Positions 25,832 to 38,605 of a stretch of 64,000 nt of DNA are shown one piece after another. Under the pieces are notes generated by a model. That model had not been told where the DNA came from and searched no databases. It worked only from the letters and a program-made list of their open reading frames with translations. Each line of letters starts with the position of its first letter. Within the stretch, counting starts at the first letter, position 1. Origin of the DNA: SAR86 cluster bacterium SAR86A (lineage in GTDB: Bacteria; Pseudomonadota; Gammaproteobacteria; Magnimaribacterales; D2472); the NCBI GenBank assembly GCA_000252525.1, contig JH611157.1:348638-412637 (forward strand), written 5' to 3'. The position numbers and the translations under genes were made by a program.

Positions 25832-27040
25832 ATGAGCAAAATTTCTTCGTCAAAGCCACTTAATGGCATAAAAGTACTGGAGCTATCCAACATGATTACA
25901 TGTTCACTGGCTACAATGACTATGGCATCTCAAGGAGCAGAAGTAATAAAAATTGAGCCTACCTTAATAGGTGACAAAATGAGACCATTGGGTACACAAA
26001 AAAATGGAGTTTCAGGATTTTTCCATAATTGCAACAGGGGTAAAAGATCTCTTGCAATAGATCTGAAGTCAAGTTCAGGTGTTAAAGCGGTTACTGAATT
26101 AGCATCACAAGCTGACGTTCTTGTTCATAACTATAGACCAGGCGTAATGGATAAACTTGGCTTAGGATCTAAAGACATAAGAGATAATAATTCTCAGATA
26201 ATTTACATCGCAGTCAGTGGCTTTGGAACTAAGGGACCTATGGCAAACTTGCCAGCATTTGATCATGTTATTCAAGGAATGTCAGGATTCACAGATTTAC
26301 AGTCATCTGATGAAAATAATTTTGAATTTATAAAGACTTTTATTTGTGACAAGGTTACTGCCTACACAGTATGTCAAGCAGCAACAGCAGCATTATTCGC
26401 AAGAACAAATACAAATAAAGGTCAGCATATTGATATTTCTATGTTGCATGCATGTCTTTCTTTTATGTGGCCTGATGGGATGATGCACAGAACATTAAAA
26501 GATGACGATAAAATTGAAATGTCACCTGGATCAGATTACTTTCAAACAATAAATTACAGCGATGGTGGAGTAGCTGTAGCTGCTTTAACAAATGAACATT
26601 ATGAAGTTCTTTTACCAATGTTAGGCTATCCAGAATATGTTGGAATGCCATTATTTTCTTCAATAGCATCCAGAATGACAAATATGAAAGAGGTAAATAA
26701 AGCATTAAAAAATCCTAAAAATGACATTGGAGTTGAAAAAGCATTAGAAATTCTTATTGCAGCAGATATTCCATGCTCTCCTTGTATTAAAAGAGATGAA
26801 ATAGAATTAGACGAACAAATTAAAGCAATAGGTGCACTTGAAACATATGTTACTGAGGAAATGGGCAAATTGACTGTTACCTCACCACCAGTCTTATTTG
26901 AAGGAGAGTTAGCCTCTCATGCAAAACCAAGCCCATTATTAGGTCAACATGGTCACGAAATTTTAACCGAACTTGGCTGGAGTGAGGCTAAAGTTCAAGA
27001 ATTAATTGAATCAGGAACCTTATTAATAACGTCGCCATAA
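25832..27040 (+). CDS. Family III CoA-transferase (CaiB/BaiF family)
   Basis: The N-terminus (PLNGIKVLELS) and the motifs ADVLVHNYRPGVMDKLGL and LLGQHGHEIL are typical of this family. I moved the start to ATG 25832 (MSKISS), which has AAGGG upstream. The track ORF began at 25805. Confidence 0.8.
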   Translation: MSKISSSKPLNGIKVLELSNMITCSLATMTMASQGAEVIKIEPTLIGDKMRPLGTQKNGVSGFFHNCNRGKRSLAIDLKSSSGVKAVTELASQADVLVHNYRPGVMDKLGLGSKDIRDNNSQIIYIAVSGFGTKGPMANLPAFDHVIQGMSGFTDLQSSDENNFEFIKTFICDKVTAYTVCQAATAALFARTNTNKGQHIDISMLHACLSFMWPDGMMHRTLKDDDKIEMSPGSDYFQTINYSDGGVAVAALTNEHYEVLLPMLGYPEYVGMPLFSSIASRMTNMKEVNKALKNPKNDIGVEKALEILIAADIPCSPCIKRDEIELDEQIKAIGALETYVTEEMGKLTVTSPPVLFEGELASHAKPSPLLGQHGHEILTELGWSEAKVQELIESGTLLITSP

Positions 27041-27055
27041 AAGATATTTCCATAA

Positions 27056-28371
<1,316 letters not shown>

Positions 28372-28374
28372 GAA

Positions 28375-29709
28375 TTAATTCAGAAGATTATTAATTTCTA
28401 TTATGTCACCAGGATCGATTGTGCCCGCAGCAAGAGCAAGCCTTAGATTTGCAAGAATATAATCATATTTAGCATTTGCTAGATTTTTTTCAGCGCTATA
28501 TAAATTTTTCTCTGCTTGAAGTAAATCAACGACATTCCTAGTACCTACCTTATAACCAACTTGTGTTGCTTCAAGAGCACTTGTTGCAGAAATAACTGCT
28601 TGTTTCTGAGCATTTACATTGGCGACTAATGTGTTTACGTTTGAAAACTGAGATCTAACTTCTTGGATTATTCTTCTTTCTGTAAATAAAGTATTTTCAT
28701 CTGCCTGATTATATTGTGAATATGCTTGCTTTCTCCTAGAACTAACTGCTCCGCCTTGAAAAATTGGAACACTTAGTTGTATTGCATAATTTCTTCTTCC
28801 TGTAACTGCAGGAACAGGTATACCTTGACCATTAATACTGAAACCTTCGTAATTAAACTGATTAGTTTCAGAGTCTGAACCTGAACCAACAATATCTATT
28901 TTGGGCAAATGATTTGAAGCAGCACTTCTTGCATTACTCTTAGCAGCATCTTTTCTTAAATATGAAGCCTTAAGTTGATAATTATTTTTTAAAGCTAAAT
29001 TCACCCAATCTTCTTTAGAATTTGGAAAAGGTGAAGATATCTGAAGGTTTTCTCCTAATTCATCAAGAGAGAAAATTTCTCTACCAATAAGTGCATTTAG
29101 GGCTTCTCTTGCTGAAAATAAATTACCTTCATTATTTATTCTTGCAGCTTTGCTGAGATCATAAGCTAGCTGAGCTTCTTGAACACCAGTAATCGCTGAC
29201 AAACCAACTTCATATCTTTGTTGTGCTTGATCGAGTTGTTTTTTTATAGCTTTTTCTTCAGAAATAGCAGCATTTAAATTATCTATCGCTCTTAACACTC
29301 CAAAATATAGTTCGGCAGTTCTTAAAATAAGGTTTTGTTGTTCATAAGCAAATTCAGCTTCAGCAGCATTTGTAAGTGATTTTGATCTTTTAAAGTTGAA
29401 CCATGTATCAAGTCTAAATAATGGCTGTGATACTCTGGCTGATTTAGAAAATGAGTTATATTCTTGTTGCAACACGTCATCTTGATAATATTCATTCCAA
29501 TTTGTAGATCCACTCAGGGTTATGCTTGGCAACAAAGCAGCTCTTCCTTGAACAACTATTTCTTTATCAGCAAGGTATGAATATTCAGCTGCTTTAAAAG
29601 TAGGATCATTTTCTAAGGCCTCATTGTATATATCTAAAAGATTTTCAGCTGTTAAGTGACCAGATAATAAAATTATCAAAAATAATTTACTTTTATATTT
29701 TGAAAACAT
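28375..29709 (-). CDS. tolC: Outer-membrane efflux channel, TolC family
   Basis: It has a signal peptide, the N-terminus LLDIYNEALENDPTFKAAEY, and two OEP repeats. Length is 444 aa. Confidence 0.85.
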   Translation of the reverse strand: MFSKYKSKLFLIILLSGHLTAENLLDIYNEALENDPTFKAAEYSYLADKEIVVQGRAALLPSITLSGSTNWNEYYQDDVLQQEYNSFSKSARVSQPLFRLDTWFNFKRSKSLTNAAEAEFAYEQQNLILRTAELYFGVLRAIDNLNAAISEEKAIKKQLDQAQQRYEVGLSAITGVQEAQLAYDLSKAARINNEGNLFSAREALNALIGREIFSLDELGENLQISSPFPNSKEDWVNLALKNNYQLKASYLRKDAAKSNARSAASNHLPKIDIVGSGSDSETNQFNYEGFSINGQGIPVPAVTGRRNYAIQLSVPIFQGGAVSSRRKQAYSQYNQADENTLFTERRIIQEVRSQFSNVNTLVANVNAQKQAVISATSALEATQVGYKVGTRNVVDLLQAEKNLYSAEKNLANAKYDYILANLRLALAAGTIDPGDIIEINNLLN

Positions 29710-29919
29710 ATTTGTATTTTAACTCATTAAATGTGTGCAGTGTAAACATTATAATATTTATTGCAAATATAGCTTAAATATAGACCATGAATTATTTAAA
29801 AAGTTTAATTCAGGCATTACTTTTTCCCTGATTAGAGTAGAATAGCAATAATTCAAAAACTTTTATGAAAAATAAAATATACAAAAGTTTTTTAAAAATA
29901 ATCTCAAAGGCAGAATAGA

Positions 29920-31812
29920 TTGGCCAAGAATACATACGACTCAAAAGCAATTGAAGTATTATCTGGTTTAGATCCAGTTAAAAAAAGACCTGGGATGTAT
30001 ACAGACACATCCTGCCCAAACCATCTTATACAAGAAGTGCTTGATAATTCTGTTGATGAGGCTATTGCTGGTCATTGTTCAAACATAAAGGTAAAAATAT
30101 ACAAAGATGGCAGGATAATGGTTTCTGATGACGGAAGAGGTATGCCAGTTGATATACATCCAGAGCATAAAGTATCAGGAGTTGAATTAATTCTATGCAA
30201 GCTGCACGCAGGGGCTAAATTTTCTGGTGAAGAATATAATTTTTCAGGTGGCCTTCATGGCGTTGGTGTTTCTGTTGTTAATGCTTTATCAGAAAATTTA
30301 AAAGTAAATATTAAGAGAGATTCTCAAGAATTTGAAATGCATTTTAATAATGGAGACAAAAAGAAAGATCTCAAGGTAGTAGGGGAAGTAGGCGCTAGAA
30401 ACACTGGAACTTCTATTACTTTTAAACCAAATGTTAAATATTTTGAGTCTGATGAAATAAAAATAAAAGATTTAAAACATTTACTTAAAGCTAAAGCGGT
30501 TCTTTGTCCTGGCTTAACCATAGATTTTAACTATGAAAAAAAATCCGAAAAAATCAAATGGCATTTTGAAGATGGGCTTAAAAGTTATTTAGATGATTCA
30601 TCTGAGGGCCTTGATCTTGTTTTAGACGAATCAATTGTTTCTTCTAAAAGTACTGAAACTCAAGAAGTAGACTTTGTCATAAATTGGTTGAACAAAAGCT
30701 ACAAAGACATGCTTGATGAAACATACGTAAATCTCATACCAACAGCTCAGGGAGGCTCTCACCTGAATGGATTTAAATCTGGTTTATTGGAGGCAATGAA
30801 AGAATTTTGTGAGATCAGGAGCTTATTACCAAAAGGGCTGAAAATTAATGCTGAAGATGTTATTGCCAATGCAACTTTTGTAATTTCATCGAAACTTCAA
30901 AACCCTCAGTTTGCTGGCCAAACTAAAGAAAGACTTGACTCTAAAGATCACATGGCATTTGTGAGCAGCGCGACTAAAGATATTTTGAGCATCTGGTTAA
31001 ATACTCATACCGAAGAAGGTGAAAAAATTGCTGAACTTGCAATTTCAGCTGCACAAAGTAGGGCGAAAGCATCCAGCACTGTACAAAGAAAAAAAACTTT
31101 CAAAGGACCAGCACTGCCTGGAAAGTTGTCTGATTGTAATAGCGAAGACTTAAATGAAACAGAATTATTTCTAGTTGAGGGTGATTCTGCAGGTGGATCT
31201 GCTAAACAGGCTAGAGAAAGATCCTTTCAAGCAATTATGCCTTTAAGGGGAAAGATTCTGAATACTTGGGATTTAGAAAGCCAAGAAATTATTAAATCAC
31301 AAGAAATAAAAAATCTGTCAACAGCAATTGGTGTATTACCAGGAAATTCTGATATTTCCGGACTTAGATATGGAAAAATATGCATATTAGCTGATGCTGA
31401 CTCAGATGGGCTTCATATTGCAACTTTATTATGCGCGCTGTTTCTAAGACATTATAAAAGTCTTGTCCAAGATGGAAGGATCTATATCGCAATGCCTCCT
31501 TTATATAGAGTAGATTGTGGTAAAGAAGTTCTTTATGCTTTAGATGAAATACAAAAAGATAAAGTTGTAGATGACTTTAAGAAGAAAAAAGGAAAACCAA
31601 AAATTAATATTCAAAGGTTTAAAGGTCTAGGAGAAATGAATCCTTCACAACTTAGAGAAACTGTTATGGATCCCAACTCAAGACAACTTGTTAGGTTATC
31701 TATTTCTGCAACTGATAATGCTAATGCAATGATGGACTTACTTTTATCTAAAAAAAATGCTCCTGCTAGAAAAGAGTGGTTAGAAAAAAAGGGTTCATTG
31801 GTGAGGTTATAA
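29920..31812 (+). CDS. parE: DNA topoisomerase IV subunit B
   Basis: The 630-aa protein is colinear with E. coli ParE: [63 protein letters not shown] and FKGLGEMNP. It starts at TTG and is immediately followed by parC. Confidence 0.92.
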   Translation: MAKNTYDSKAIEVLSGLDPVKKRPGMYTDTSCPNHLIQEVLDNSVDEAIAGHCSNIKVKIYKDGRIMVSDDGRGMPVDIHPEHKVSGVELILCKLHAGAKFSGEEYNFSGGLHGVGVSVVNALSENLKVNIKRDSQEFEMHFNNGDKKKDLKVVGEVGARNTGTSITFKPNVKYFESDEIKIKDLKHLLKAKAVLCPGLTIDFNYEKKSEKIKWHFEDGLKSYLDDSSEGLDLVLDESIVSSKSTETQEVDFVINWLNKSYKDMLDETYVNLIPTAQGGSHLNGFKSGLLEAMKEFCEIRSLLPKGLKINAEDVIANATFVISSKLQNPQFAGQTKERLDSKDHMAFVSSATKDILSIWLNTHTEEGEKIAELAISAAQSRAKASSTVQRKKTFKGPALPGKLSDCNSEDLNETELFLVEGDSAGGSAKQARERSFQAIMPLRGKILNTWDLESQEIIKSQEIKNLSTAIGVLPGNSDISGLRYGKICILADADSDGLHIATLLCALFLRHYKSLVQDGRIYIAMPPLYRVDCGKEVLYALDEIQKDKVVDDFKKKKGKPKINIQRFKGLGEMNPSQLRETVMDPNSRQLVRLSISATDNANAMMDLLLSKKNAPARKEWLEKKGSLVRL

Positions 31813-31813
31813 G

Positions 31814-34057
31814 ATGGCAAAAGATCAATTTGAGTCCATTAGCTTAAAGAAATACGCTGAAGATTCATATTTAAATTACGCAATGTACGTAATTCTTGAT
31901 AGAGCTCTACCAAATGTTGGAGATGGATTAAAACCGGTACAAAGAAGAATCTTATATGCAATGTCTGAACTTGGTTTGGATGCATCAGCAAAATATAAAA
32001 AGTCTGCAAGAACCGTTGGTGATGTAATAGGTAAATTCCATCCTCATGGCGATAGTGCTGCATATGAAGCGATGGTTTTAATGGCGCAAAATTTTTCTTT
32101 TAAATATCCTCTGGTTGATGGTCAGGGTAATTGGGGTTCTCAAGATGATCCAAAATCATTTGCGGCAATGAGGTATACAGAATCAAAGTTAACTGGTTTT
32201 GCAAATCTCTTAATATCAGAATTAAAATCTGGTACTGTTGATTGGCAACCAAACTTTGATGGTTCTCTTCTTGAGCCAGTAATATTTCCTGCAAAAATTC
32301 CAATGATATTACTTAATGGAACTTCAGGTATTGCTGTAGGAATGGCAACAGACATACCTTCACACAACATGAACGAAGTTATTGATGCGACAATTAGTTT
32401 AATTGATAAACCAAAGTCTGATCTTAAAGACATTTTGAAAATTATCAAAGGTCCAGACTTTGCAAATCATGCCACTATAATCGCAAACGAAGATGAGTTA
32501 TCTGAGATGTACTCAACCGGTAGGGGTGGATTTAAAATTCAAGCTCATTGGACACAAGAAAAGAATCAGATAATTATCAATGCTCTGCCATATCAGGCAT
32601 CTGGTTCAAAAATACTTGAACAAATTGCTGATCAAATGGTCAATAAAAAATTACCGATGGTAGTCGACTTATCAGATGAAGGTGACCATGAGGAGCCGGT
32701 AAGGTTAGTAATAACCTTGAAATCAAATAGAGTCAATGCAACTGATTTGATGAATCATCTATTTGCATCCACCGACCTACAAAAATCTTATCGAATGAAT
32801 ATGAACTTGATTTCACTCAAGGGTGGACCAAAAGTTTTTTCATTGGTCGATCTTTTAAAAGAGTGGTTAGTTTTTAGAAAAGAAACTGTAAAGAGAAAGC
32901 TTGAACATAGACTTGATCAAGTTAATGACAGACTTCATATTCTTGAAGGCCTTTTAACAATATTTATTGATATCGATAAAGTTATAAAAATAATTAGAAA
33001 CTCTGAAGAACCAAAAAAAGACTTAATCAAGAAATATAAGTTATCAGAAATTCAAGCAAATGCGATACTTGAAATTAGATTAAGACAACTTGCTAAGCTC
33101 GAACAACTAAAACTTGAAAATGAACAAAATGAATTGGCAGGTGAACAAAACGAAATTGAAAAAATACTGAAATCAAAATCAAGATTAAAGACTTTAATTA
33201 AACAAGAGCTTTTAGAAATTAAAGATAATTTTGGTGATGAGCGCAAATCACCGATTTCTGCAGAATCTGATGCAAAAATATTTTCAGAAGAAGAAACAAT
33301 GGTTACTGAATCCGTAACCGTAGTGTTATCAAAAGCTGGATGGGTTAGAAGTGCTAAAGGACATGAAATTGATCCTAATTCGCTATCTTATAGAGGAGAT
33401 GACTCTCTTCAAGATTTTGCAAGAGGCAAAAGTAATCAGCTTGCTGTATTTTTAGACTCTAATGGAAAAGCATATTCAATTCCAAGTCATTCGCTTCCAT
33501 CTGCAAGAGGTATGGGGGAGCCAATCACAGGTAGGCTTTCAGCAGACTCAGGAGTTAAATTTGTTTCAGCATCTGTTGGAGTAGATGACGACAGATTTTT
33601 AATCATGAATACTGGAGGATACGGTTACATAGCAGAATACAAAAATATGATATCTAACAAAAAATCTGGACGAGCTTTTATGCGTCTTCCTGAAAATGCT
33701 GAAATGTTGAAGGCGATTCCTGTTAGAAAAAATCATACTCATATTGCAGCTGTTTCAAATATTGGAAAACTGCTTATCTTTGAGATAGATGAACTACCTA
33801 TATTAGGAAAAGGCAAGGGCAACAAAATAATTAATATACCTAAAGACAAATTAGCTGCTGGTGAGGAATTCATGGCACATGCACAATTACTTGCAACTGA
33901 TAGTTCACTGAGAATTGAGGTTGGAAAAAGATTTGTAACTTTAAAACCAAAGGACTGGTCAGAATATATTCTATCAAGAGCAAAACGTGGGAAAAAAGTT
34001 GGTAAATTAGTAAACATTGAAAGATTGATCGAAGAAGTCAACGAATCATCTGAATAA
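31814..34057 (+). CDS. parC: DNA topoisomerase IV subunit A
   Basis: The motifs [14 protein letters not shown] and [15 protein letters not shown] are present. The active-site Tyr lies in [10 protein letters not shown]. Length is 747 aa. Confidence 0.92.
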   Translation: MAKDQFESISLKKYAEDSYLNYAMYVILDRALPNVGDGLKPVQRRILYAMSELGLDASAKYKKSARTVGDVIGKFHPHGDSAAYEAMVLMAQNFSFKYPLVDGQGNWGSQDDPKSFAAMRYTESKLTGFANLLISELKSGTVDWQPNFDGSLLEPVIFPAKIPMILLNGTSGIAVGMATDIPSHNMNEVIDATISLIDKPKSDLKDILKIIKGPDFANHATIIANEDELSEMYSTGRGGFKIQAHWTQEKNQIIINALPYQASGSKILEQIADQMVNKKLPMVVDLSDEGDHEEPVRLVITLKSNRVNATDLMNHLFASTDLQKSYRMNMNLISLKGGPKVFSLVDLLKEWLVFRKETVKRKLEHRLDQVNDRLHILEGLLTIFIDIDKVIKIIRNSEEPKKDLIKKYKLSEIQANAILEIRLRQLAKLEQLKLENEQNELAGEQNEIEKILKSKSRLKTLIKQELLEIKDNFGDERKSPISAESDAKIFSEEETMVTESVTVVLSKAGWVRSAKGHEIDPNSLSYRGDDSLQDFARGKSNQLAVFLDSNGKAYSIPSHSLPSARGMGEPITGRLSADSGVKFVSASVGVDDDRFLIMNTGGYGYIAEYKNMISNKKSGRAFMRLPENAEMLKAIPVRKNHTHIAAVSNIGKLLIFEIDELPILGKGKGNKIINIPKDKLAAGEEFMAHAQLLATDSSLRIEVGKRFVTLKPKDWSEYILSRAKRGKKVGKLVNIERLIEEVNESSE

Positions 34058-34080
34058 AATTAGAATTACGGTAAATAAAA

Positions 34081-34566
34081 TTGGTTTCGGTTGAAAAAAA
34101 TAACACATCAGATTATGTAATTTCCTTAAGTCCAAATAGTTCCTTAGAGGGAGCTGCAAGGTTTTTATTTCTAGCAAGCATAACTCTAGTATGTGGAGGT
34201 ATTGCTGTTATTTTTTACTTTTTTGGTGCTTTTATGATACTTCCATTTGCTGGAATTGAATTAACTATCTTATTTATTGCGTTTTATTTAAGCTTTAAGT
34301 GGAGTTCTAAAAAAGAGAAAATATATATATCACAGGAAATCGTTAAGATTGAGAAAGGTATTAATAAAGCTGAATACCTTTGGGAAGAATTCAGAACCTT
34401 TACCTCATTTCAAGTTAAAAAAGATGTAAATAAAATGACAAGATTAAGTTTTAGATCTAAGGGAAAAGATGTTTATGTTGGCGATTTCTTAAATGAAGAT
34501 GATAAAAATAAACTTAAAGATGAAATAAGTTTAATTATTCAAGAATTAAATGCACAAATACCTTAA
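34081..34566 (+). CDS. DUF2244-like integral membrane protein
   Basis: Two adjacent TM segments (FLFLASITLVCGGIAVIFYFFGAFMILPFAGIELTILFIAFYL) precede a soluble tail. The start is TTG. The family assignment is from memory. Confidence 0.5.
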   Translation: MVSVEKNNTSDYVISLSPNSSLEGAARFLFLASITLVCGGIAVIFYFFGAFMILPFAGIELTILFIAFYLSFKWSSKKEKIYISQEIVKIEKGINKAEYLWEEFRTFTSFQVKKDVNKMTRLSFRSKGKDVYVGDFLNEDDKNKLKDEISLIIQELNAQIP

Positions 34567-35819
34567 ATATTCCAACTTTTTAGCTTCTTTTTAACCATTT
34601 GAAGTTTAAGTTTATTTGATGCAGGTATGCCGTTAGAAAATTTAGGAAACGCTTCACCTAAAATAAGAGGACGAAGATAATCAATCGCTTTTTTGGTAAC
34701 ATCAAAACCATCTTTAGAGATATATGATTTTGGCAATTTCTTTTCTACGTTAGCAATTTTTGAAAGGGAAGCTGGCTCAATTTTCCATGAATATTTTTTT
34801 CCACTACCACGTTTTATTACCGGCATGACACCATTCATGCCTTTGACAGCATATTTGACTGCATATGTTCCAACGGCTTCAGCCTGAGCCAAGTCTGTTT
34901 TTGAAGCAATATGCCTAGCACTGCGTTGTAAATAATCAGAAACGGCCCAGTGATTTTTTAATTTTAATTTTTTGTTTATTAAATTTGATAAGAATGGTGC
35001 CACTCCACCTAGTTGAGAATGTCCAAAAGCATCTTTTCTATCAGATTCAGCTAAGAATTTACCTTTTTTATTTTTTACACCCTCTGAAGCTACTATTACA
35101 CAATATCCATTGTCTTTAACAATTTTTTTTATTTGCATTAAGAATTTCTTTTCATCAAAAACTATTTCAGGAAATAAAATAATATGTGGCGCATCATTTT
35201 TATCTACTCTTGCCAAAGAGCCTGCAGCCGCCATCCAGCCAGCATGCCTTCCCATTACTTCTAATATGAATACTTTTGTAGATGTTTCAGCCATTGAAGC
35301 TACATCCAATGAGGCTTCCATTATGGATGTTGCAATATATTTTGCTGCAGAGCCAAAGCCTGGACAGTTATCAGTTACTGCTAGGTCATTATCAACAGTT
35401 TTAGGAATAGCTATACAATTTATTGGATATCCCATTTCATTACTAATTTGGGAAACCTTAAAGGCAGTATCTGCTGAATCGTTACCACCATTATAAAAAA
35501 AATAACCTATATCATGTGCTTTGAACACATCAACCAGTCTCGTATATTCCTTTTTGTTTTCTTTAAGACTTTTTAGCTTAAATCTACATGAACCAAAAAT
35601 TCCTCCGGGAGTTTCCCTAAGATTTCTTATTGCAGAAACTTTTTCTTTTGAGGTGTCGATTAGATCCTCTCTAAGTGCACCAAGAATGCCATTCTTACCT
35701 GCATAAACTTTTCCAATTTTTGATTTATATTTTTTACTCTCTAGAATAACTGCGGCAGCAGTAGCATTAATTACTGATGTAACCCCACCAGATTGAGCAT
35801 AAAATGCATTTTTTTTCAT
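34563..35819 (-). CDS. pfp: 6-phosphofructokinase, PPi-dependent type by motif
   Basis: The PFK fold is indicated by FYAQSGGVTSVINA, the GGNDS motif (Asp at the position that is Gly in ATP-PFKs), IPKTVDNDL (Lys instead of Gly), and MGRHAGWMA. Length is 418 aa. Confidence 0.78.
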   Translation of the reverse strand: MKKNAFYAQSGGVTSVINATAAAVILESKKYKSKIGKVYAGKNGILGALREDLIDTSKEKVSAIRNLRETPGGIFGSCRFKLKSLKENKKEYTRLVDVFKAHDIGYFFYNGGNDSADTAFKVSQISNEMGYPINCIAIPKTVDNDLAVTDNCPGFGSAAKYIATSIMEASLDVASMAETSTKVFILEVMGRHAGWMAAAGSLARVDKNDAPHIILFPEIVFDEKKFLMQIKKIVKDNGYCVIVASEGVKNKKGKFLAESDRKDAFGHSQLGGVAPFLSNLINKKLKLKNHWAVSDYLQRSARHIASKTDLAQAEAVGTYAVKYAVKGMNGVMPVIKRGSGKKYSWKIEPASLSKIANVEKKLPKSYISKDGFDVTKKAIDYLRPLILGEAFPKFSNGIPASNKLKLQMVKKKLKSWNI

Positions 35820-35872
35820 TATTTCTCTTTTTCCTGCTTTGAATAAAATTCAAGTATCGTATTATAACTAAT

Positions 35873-37168
35873 ATGAGAATACATATCCTAGGTGTATGTG
35901 GAACCTTTATGGCAGGCCTTTCACAAATTTTAAAAGAATCTGGGCACGATGTTAGCGGATCTGACGTTCAATTTTATCCTCCAATGTCAGATTATTTGAC
36001 AAACATCAACATTAAAACAATCCAAGGATATGAAGCAAAACTTTTACCAAAAGCTGATTTATATGTAATTGGAAATGCTCTATCAAGAGGTAATGAAAGT
36101 GTAGAGCATATTCTTAGCAAAAATCTACCATATGTATCTGGTCCTGAGATCTTAGGTAGAGAATTAAAGGATAGAAATGTTTATGCAGTTTCTGGGACTC
36201 ATGGCAAAACATCAACAGCTTATATGTTGACTCATATTCTAGATTACAACGGAAAAGATGTTGGATACTTAGTTGGTGGGATATCTGAAAATTTCAAAAA
36301 TCCAGCAAGGCTTGGCAAGCATAAATCTTTTGTCATAGAGGCTGATGAGTATGATTCAGCATTCTTTGATAAAAGATCAAAATTTATACATTATTATCCT
36401 AATAATTTAATAATAAATAATATTGAATTTGACCATGCAGACATATTTGACAACCTTGATGATATAAAGAAACAATTTCACCATCTCATTAAAGTAATAC
36501 CCAATAAAGGGAATATTATTTACTCGAAAGATGATCAAAATGTATGCGAGGTTTTATCCAAAGGATACTTTTGTAATTTAATACAAGTTAATGGTGAAAA
36601 CATAAAAATAGATTTAAGTTCTAAAAAGTTAGTTGTTGATAATGAAACCTATATCCTGCAAGACTTGCCTTTAATAGGAGAACATAACTTTAGAAATTAT
36701 GTTGCAGCAATTTTAGCTGCTCAAATAGAAGGCATTAGCATTAATAAATCAATTGAATCTCTCAAGAGTTTTTTAGGTGTTAAAAGAAGAATGGAAAAAG
36801 TAATTGAGCACAATGGAATTAGGGTCTATGATGACTTTGCTCATCATCCAACAGCAATAAAATTATCAACTAAGGCAGTTCGTGATGAAAACCCAAATAA
36901 AAAAATCTTAGGTATAGTTGAACTAGGCTCAAATACAATGTCTTCAGGTTATCATAAAGATAATTTGTTTAATTCTTTAAACTACGTTGATAGAACAATT
37001 ATTTTAGATAGACAAAAAGTTTATCAAGCTGATGATATTTTTAACTCAACTGAAGATCTTTTATTTGAATTGAGAAAAATCGCAAAAGATTATGATATTA
37101 TTTTGATAATGACTAATAAAGATAGTCAAAAATTTATAACTCCTTTAAAAGACCATTTTGAAAACTAA
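35873..37168 (+). CDS. mpl: UDP-N-acetylmuramate:L-alanyl-gamma-D-glutamyl-meso-DAP ligase
   Basis: The N-terminus is MRIHILGVCGTFMAGL. The Mur ligase P-loop SGTHGKTST and the motif EADEYDSAFFDKRSKF are present. Confidence 0.85.
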   Translation: MRIHILGVCGTFMAGLSQILKESGHDVSGSDVQFYPPMSDYLTNINIKTIQGYEAKLLPKADLYVIGNALSRGNESVEHILSKNLPYVSGPEILGRELKDRNVYAVSGTHGKTSTAYMLTHILDYNGKDVGYLVGGISENFKNPARLGKHKSFVIEADEYDSAFFDKRSKFIHYYPNNLIINNIEFDHADIFDNLDDIKKQFHHLIKVIPNKGNIIYSKDDQNVCEVLSKGYFCNLIQVNGENIKIDLSSKKLVVDNETYILQDLPLIGEHNFRNYVAAILAAQIEGISINKSIESLKSFLGVKRRMEKVIEHNGIRVYDDFAHHPTAIKLSTKAVRDENPNKKILGIVELGSNTMSSGYHKDNLFNSLNYVDRTIILDRQKVYQADDIFNSTEDLLFELRKIAKDYDIILIMTNKDSQKFITPLKDHFEN

Positions 37169-37748
37169 TAACTTACCAGTTTTTCCTTTAGGTATTGTTG
37201 CATTACCTGGAACAATTCAATATTTGCAAATTTTTGAACCTAGATATTTAAAAATGGTTAAAGATTGTATGAGCAATGGACATGGTTTTGTAATTGTCTT
37301 TCAATCAAGTCATTCAAATGGTATAGACACTGAGATCTCTAAAAAAGGATCTTATGTTGAGATTATTGACTTTAACAATTTACCTAATGGTCTTCTTGGC
37401 ATAACTGTTAAATCTATTAATAAAGTTATTATTAATGATCTAACACAATTAGAGGATGGGTTACATATTGCCAAAACTCAACCCCTTGTTGATCCCGAGG
37501 TTGATGATCAAGCTCTTTTAGCAGAGTTTCCAGAGCTAACAAATATTTTGTCTCAACTTGTCAAACATCCGAAGATAAATGACTTGAAATTAAATGTTGA
37601 CTTTAATTCAGCAGATTCTATTGCTTATCATTTAGCAGGTCTGATTCCAATTTCTTCAATATATAAGCAAAATCTTCTAGAAGCCTTTGATGCTGCCCAA
37701 AGATTTGAGATTCTTTCAAAATATATTGATGAGATATCTTCAAACTAG
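37158..37748 (+). CDS. LON N-terminal (substrate-binding) domain protein
   Basis: The motif LPVFPLGIVALPGTIQYLQIFEPRYLKM is present. At 196 aa it has no ATPase or protease part. Confidence 0.7.
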   Translation: MKTNNLPVFPLGIVALPGTIQYLQIFEPRYLKMVKDCMSNGHGFVIVFQSSHSNGIDTEISKKGSYVEIIDFNNLPNGLLGITVKSINKVIINDLTQLEDGLHIAKTQPLVDPEVDDQALLAEFPELTNILSQLVKHPKINDLKLNVDFNSADSIAYHLAGLIPISSIYKQNLLEAFDAAQRFEILSKYIDEISSN

Positions 37749-37750
37749 TT

Positions 37751-38176
37751 CTATATTTCAATTGGTGGCTGATTAGATTTTTTTCTCAACCAATTTATAC
37801 CTTTATGAATACTTGGAATGGAAATAAGCCTCCTTTCAATTGAATATTTACCAGGATAGTTCGAGAGCATAAGACCAACTACAATTGTAAATATCCCTTG
37901 CCCAGGCAAAACCAACATAAATATTCCTCCAACTACTAATGAGTAGCCTAAAATATTTTTTATTATTAGAGAGATTATCCAAAGGTATGGATAGGTATTT
38001 TTAAATTTTGAAGCTCTTTTCTTAACAAAATAATCTGAGGGTATTAATGCCACCAACCATTTGATACTAAGTAAGCTAAAAATAAAGATAAATGCAGAAA
38101 TAGATCCCAACCAAAAAATAAATTTTTTATAATTCGTAACAAATTGATACAGACTATCTAAAAAGCTTATTTCCAA
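37751..38176 (-). CDS. Small membrane protein (PGPGW-like)
   Basis: About 3-4 TM segments are present, with an LPGQGIFTIVVGLML motif resembling the PGPGW family. Support is weak. Confidence 0.45.
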   Translation of the reverse strand: MEISFLDSLYQFVTNYKKFIFWLGSISAFIFIFSLLSIKWLVALIPSDYFVKKRASKFKNTYPYLWIISLIIKNILGYSLVVGGIFMLVLPGQGIFTIVVGLMLSNYPGKYSIERRLISIPSIHKGINWLRKKSNQPPIEI

Positions 38177-38260
38177 AAATACTTACCTTTTTCAATGTTT
38201 ATGATTTAGTATATCAATTGATAATTTTTTTAAAAAAGCTTTTTAATCAATAATCTAAAT

Positions 38261-38605
38261 TTGCCAAAAAATAAACTTTCTCAAATCTGCAACAAAAGCC
38301 TTGAAGACAGCAAAGCTGAAGACGTATTAAATCTTAATGTAAAAGGAATATCTTCTTTTGCAGATGAAATTATTATCGCTACCGCTAATTCAAATAGACA
38401 TGCAAAATCAATATCCGAAAAGCTTGTTGATTTACTTAAAAATGAAAAGATCCATATAATCGGAGTCGAAGGTGAAGTTGAGTCTGGATGGATTCTTGTA
38501 GACTGTGGAAGCACAGTAATTAATATAATGAAAAAAGAACAAAGAGAGTTCTATGATCTTGAAGGTCTTTGGGGTGAAATGAATCTTACAGATGCATTAA
38601 GTTAA
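38261..38605 (+). CDS. rsfS: Ribosome silencing factor
   Basis: It has the Iojap-like core (LEDSKAEDVLNLNV, FADEIIIATANSNRHAKSISEKL, GWILVDCGSTVINIM, REFYDLEGLW). It starts at TTG and lies directly upstream of rlmH. Confidence 0.8.
   Translation: MPKNKLSQICNKSLEDSKAEDVLNLNVKGISSFADEIIIATANSNRHAKSISEKLVDLLKNEKIHIIGVEGEVESGWILVDCGSTVINIMKKEQREFYDLEGLWGEMNLTDALS

Noticed and set aside
25832-27040. The family III CoA-transferase as a formyl-CoA transferase functionally linked to FDH.
   Set aside because: Similarity to Frc is only at the family level in my recollection. No oxalyl-CoA decarboxylase is present. The gene is separated from fdh by several transcription units and lies on the far side of proteorhodopsin.
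29807-29835. AATTCAGG-N12-CCTGATTAG resembles the fdh terminator stem (CTAATCAGGA..TCCTGATTAG at 22070-22105), hinting at a dispersed palindromic element.
   Set aside because: There are only two instances. The second forms just a 5-bp stem with mismatches. This is insufficient to call a repeat family without a genome-wide search.
29710-29919. The 210-bp divergent tolC/parE spacer. It contains a TTAAAT-N17-TATAAT promoter-like match and two mini-ORFs (MNYLKSLIQALLFP and MKNKIYKSFLKIISKAE). The second ends 1 nt before the parE TTG.
   Set aside because: I found no conserved RNA structure or known motif. Short ORFs and promoter-like hexamers are expected by chance at this composition, and I have no comparative data.
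38212-38244. Two perfect 12-bp palindromes (TATCAATTGATA and AAAAAGCTTTTT) upstream of rsfS.
   Set aside because: They are AT-only or nearly so, and short. I recognise no known operator, and such dyads are frequent in AT-rich spacers. A regulatory role cannot be excluded.
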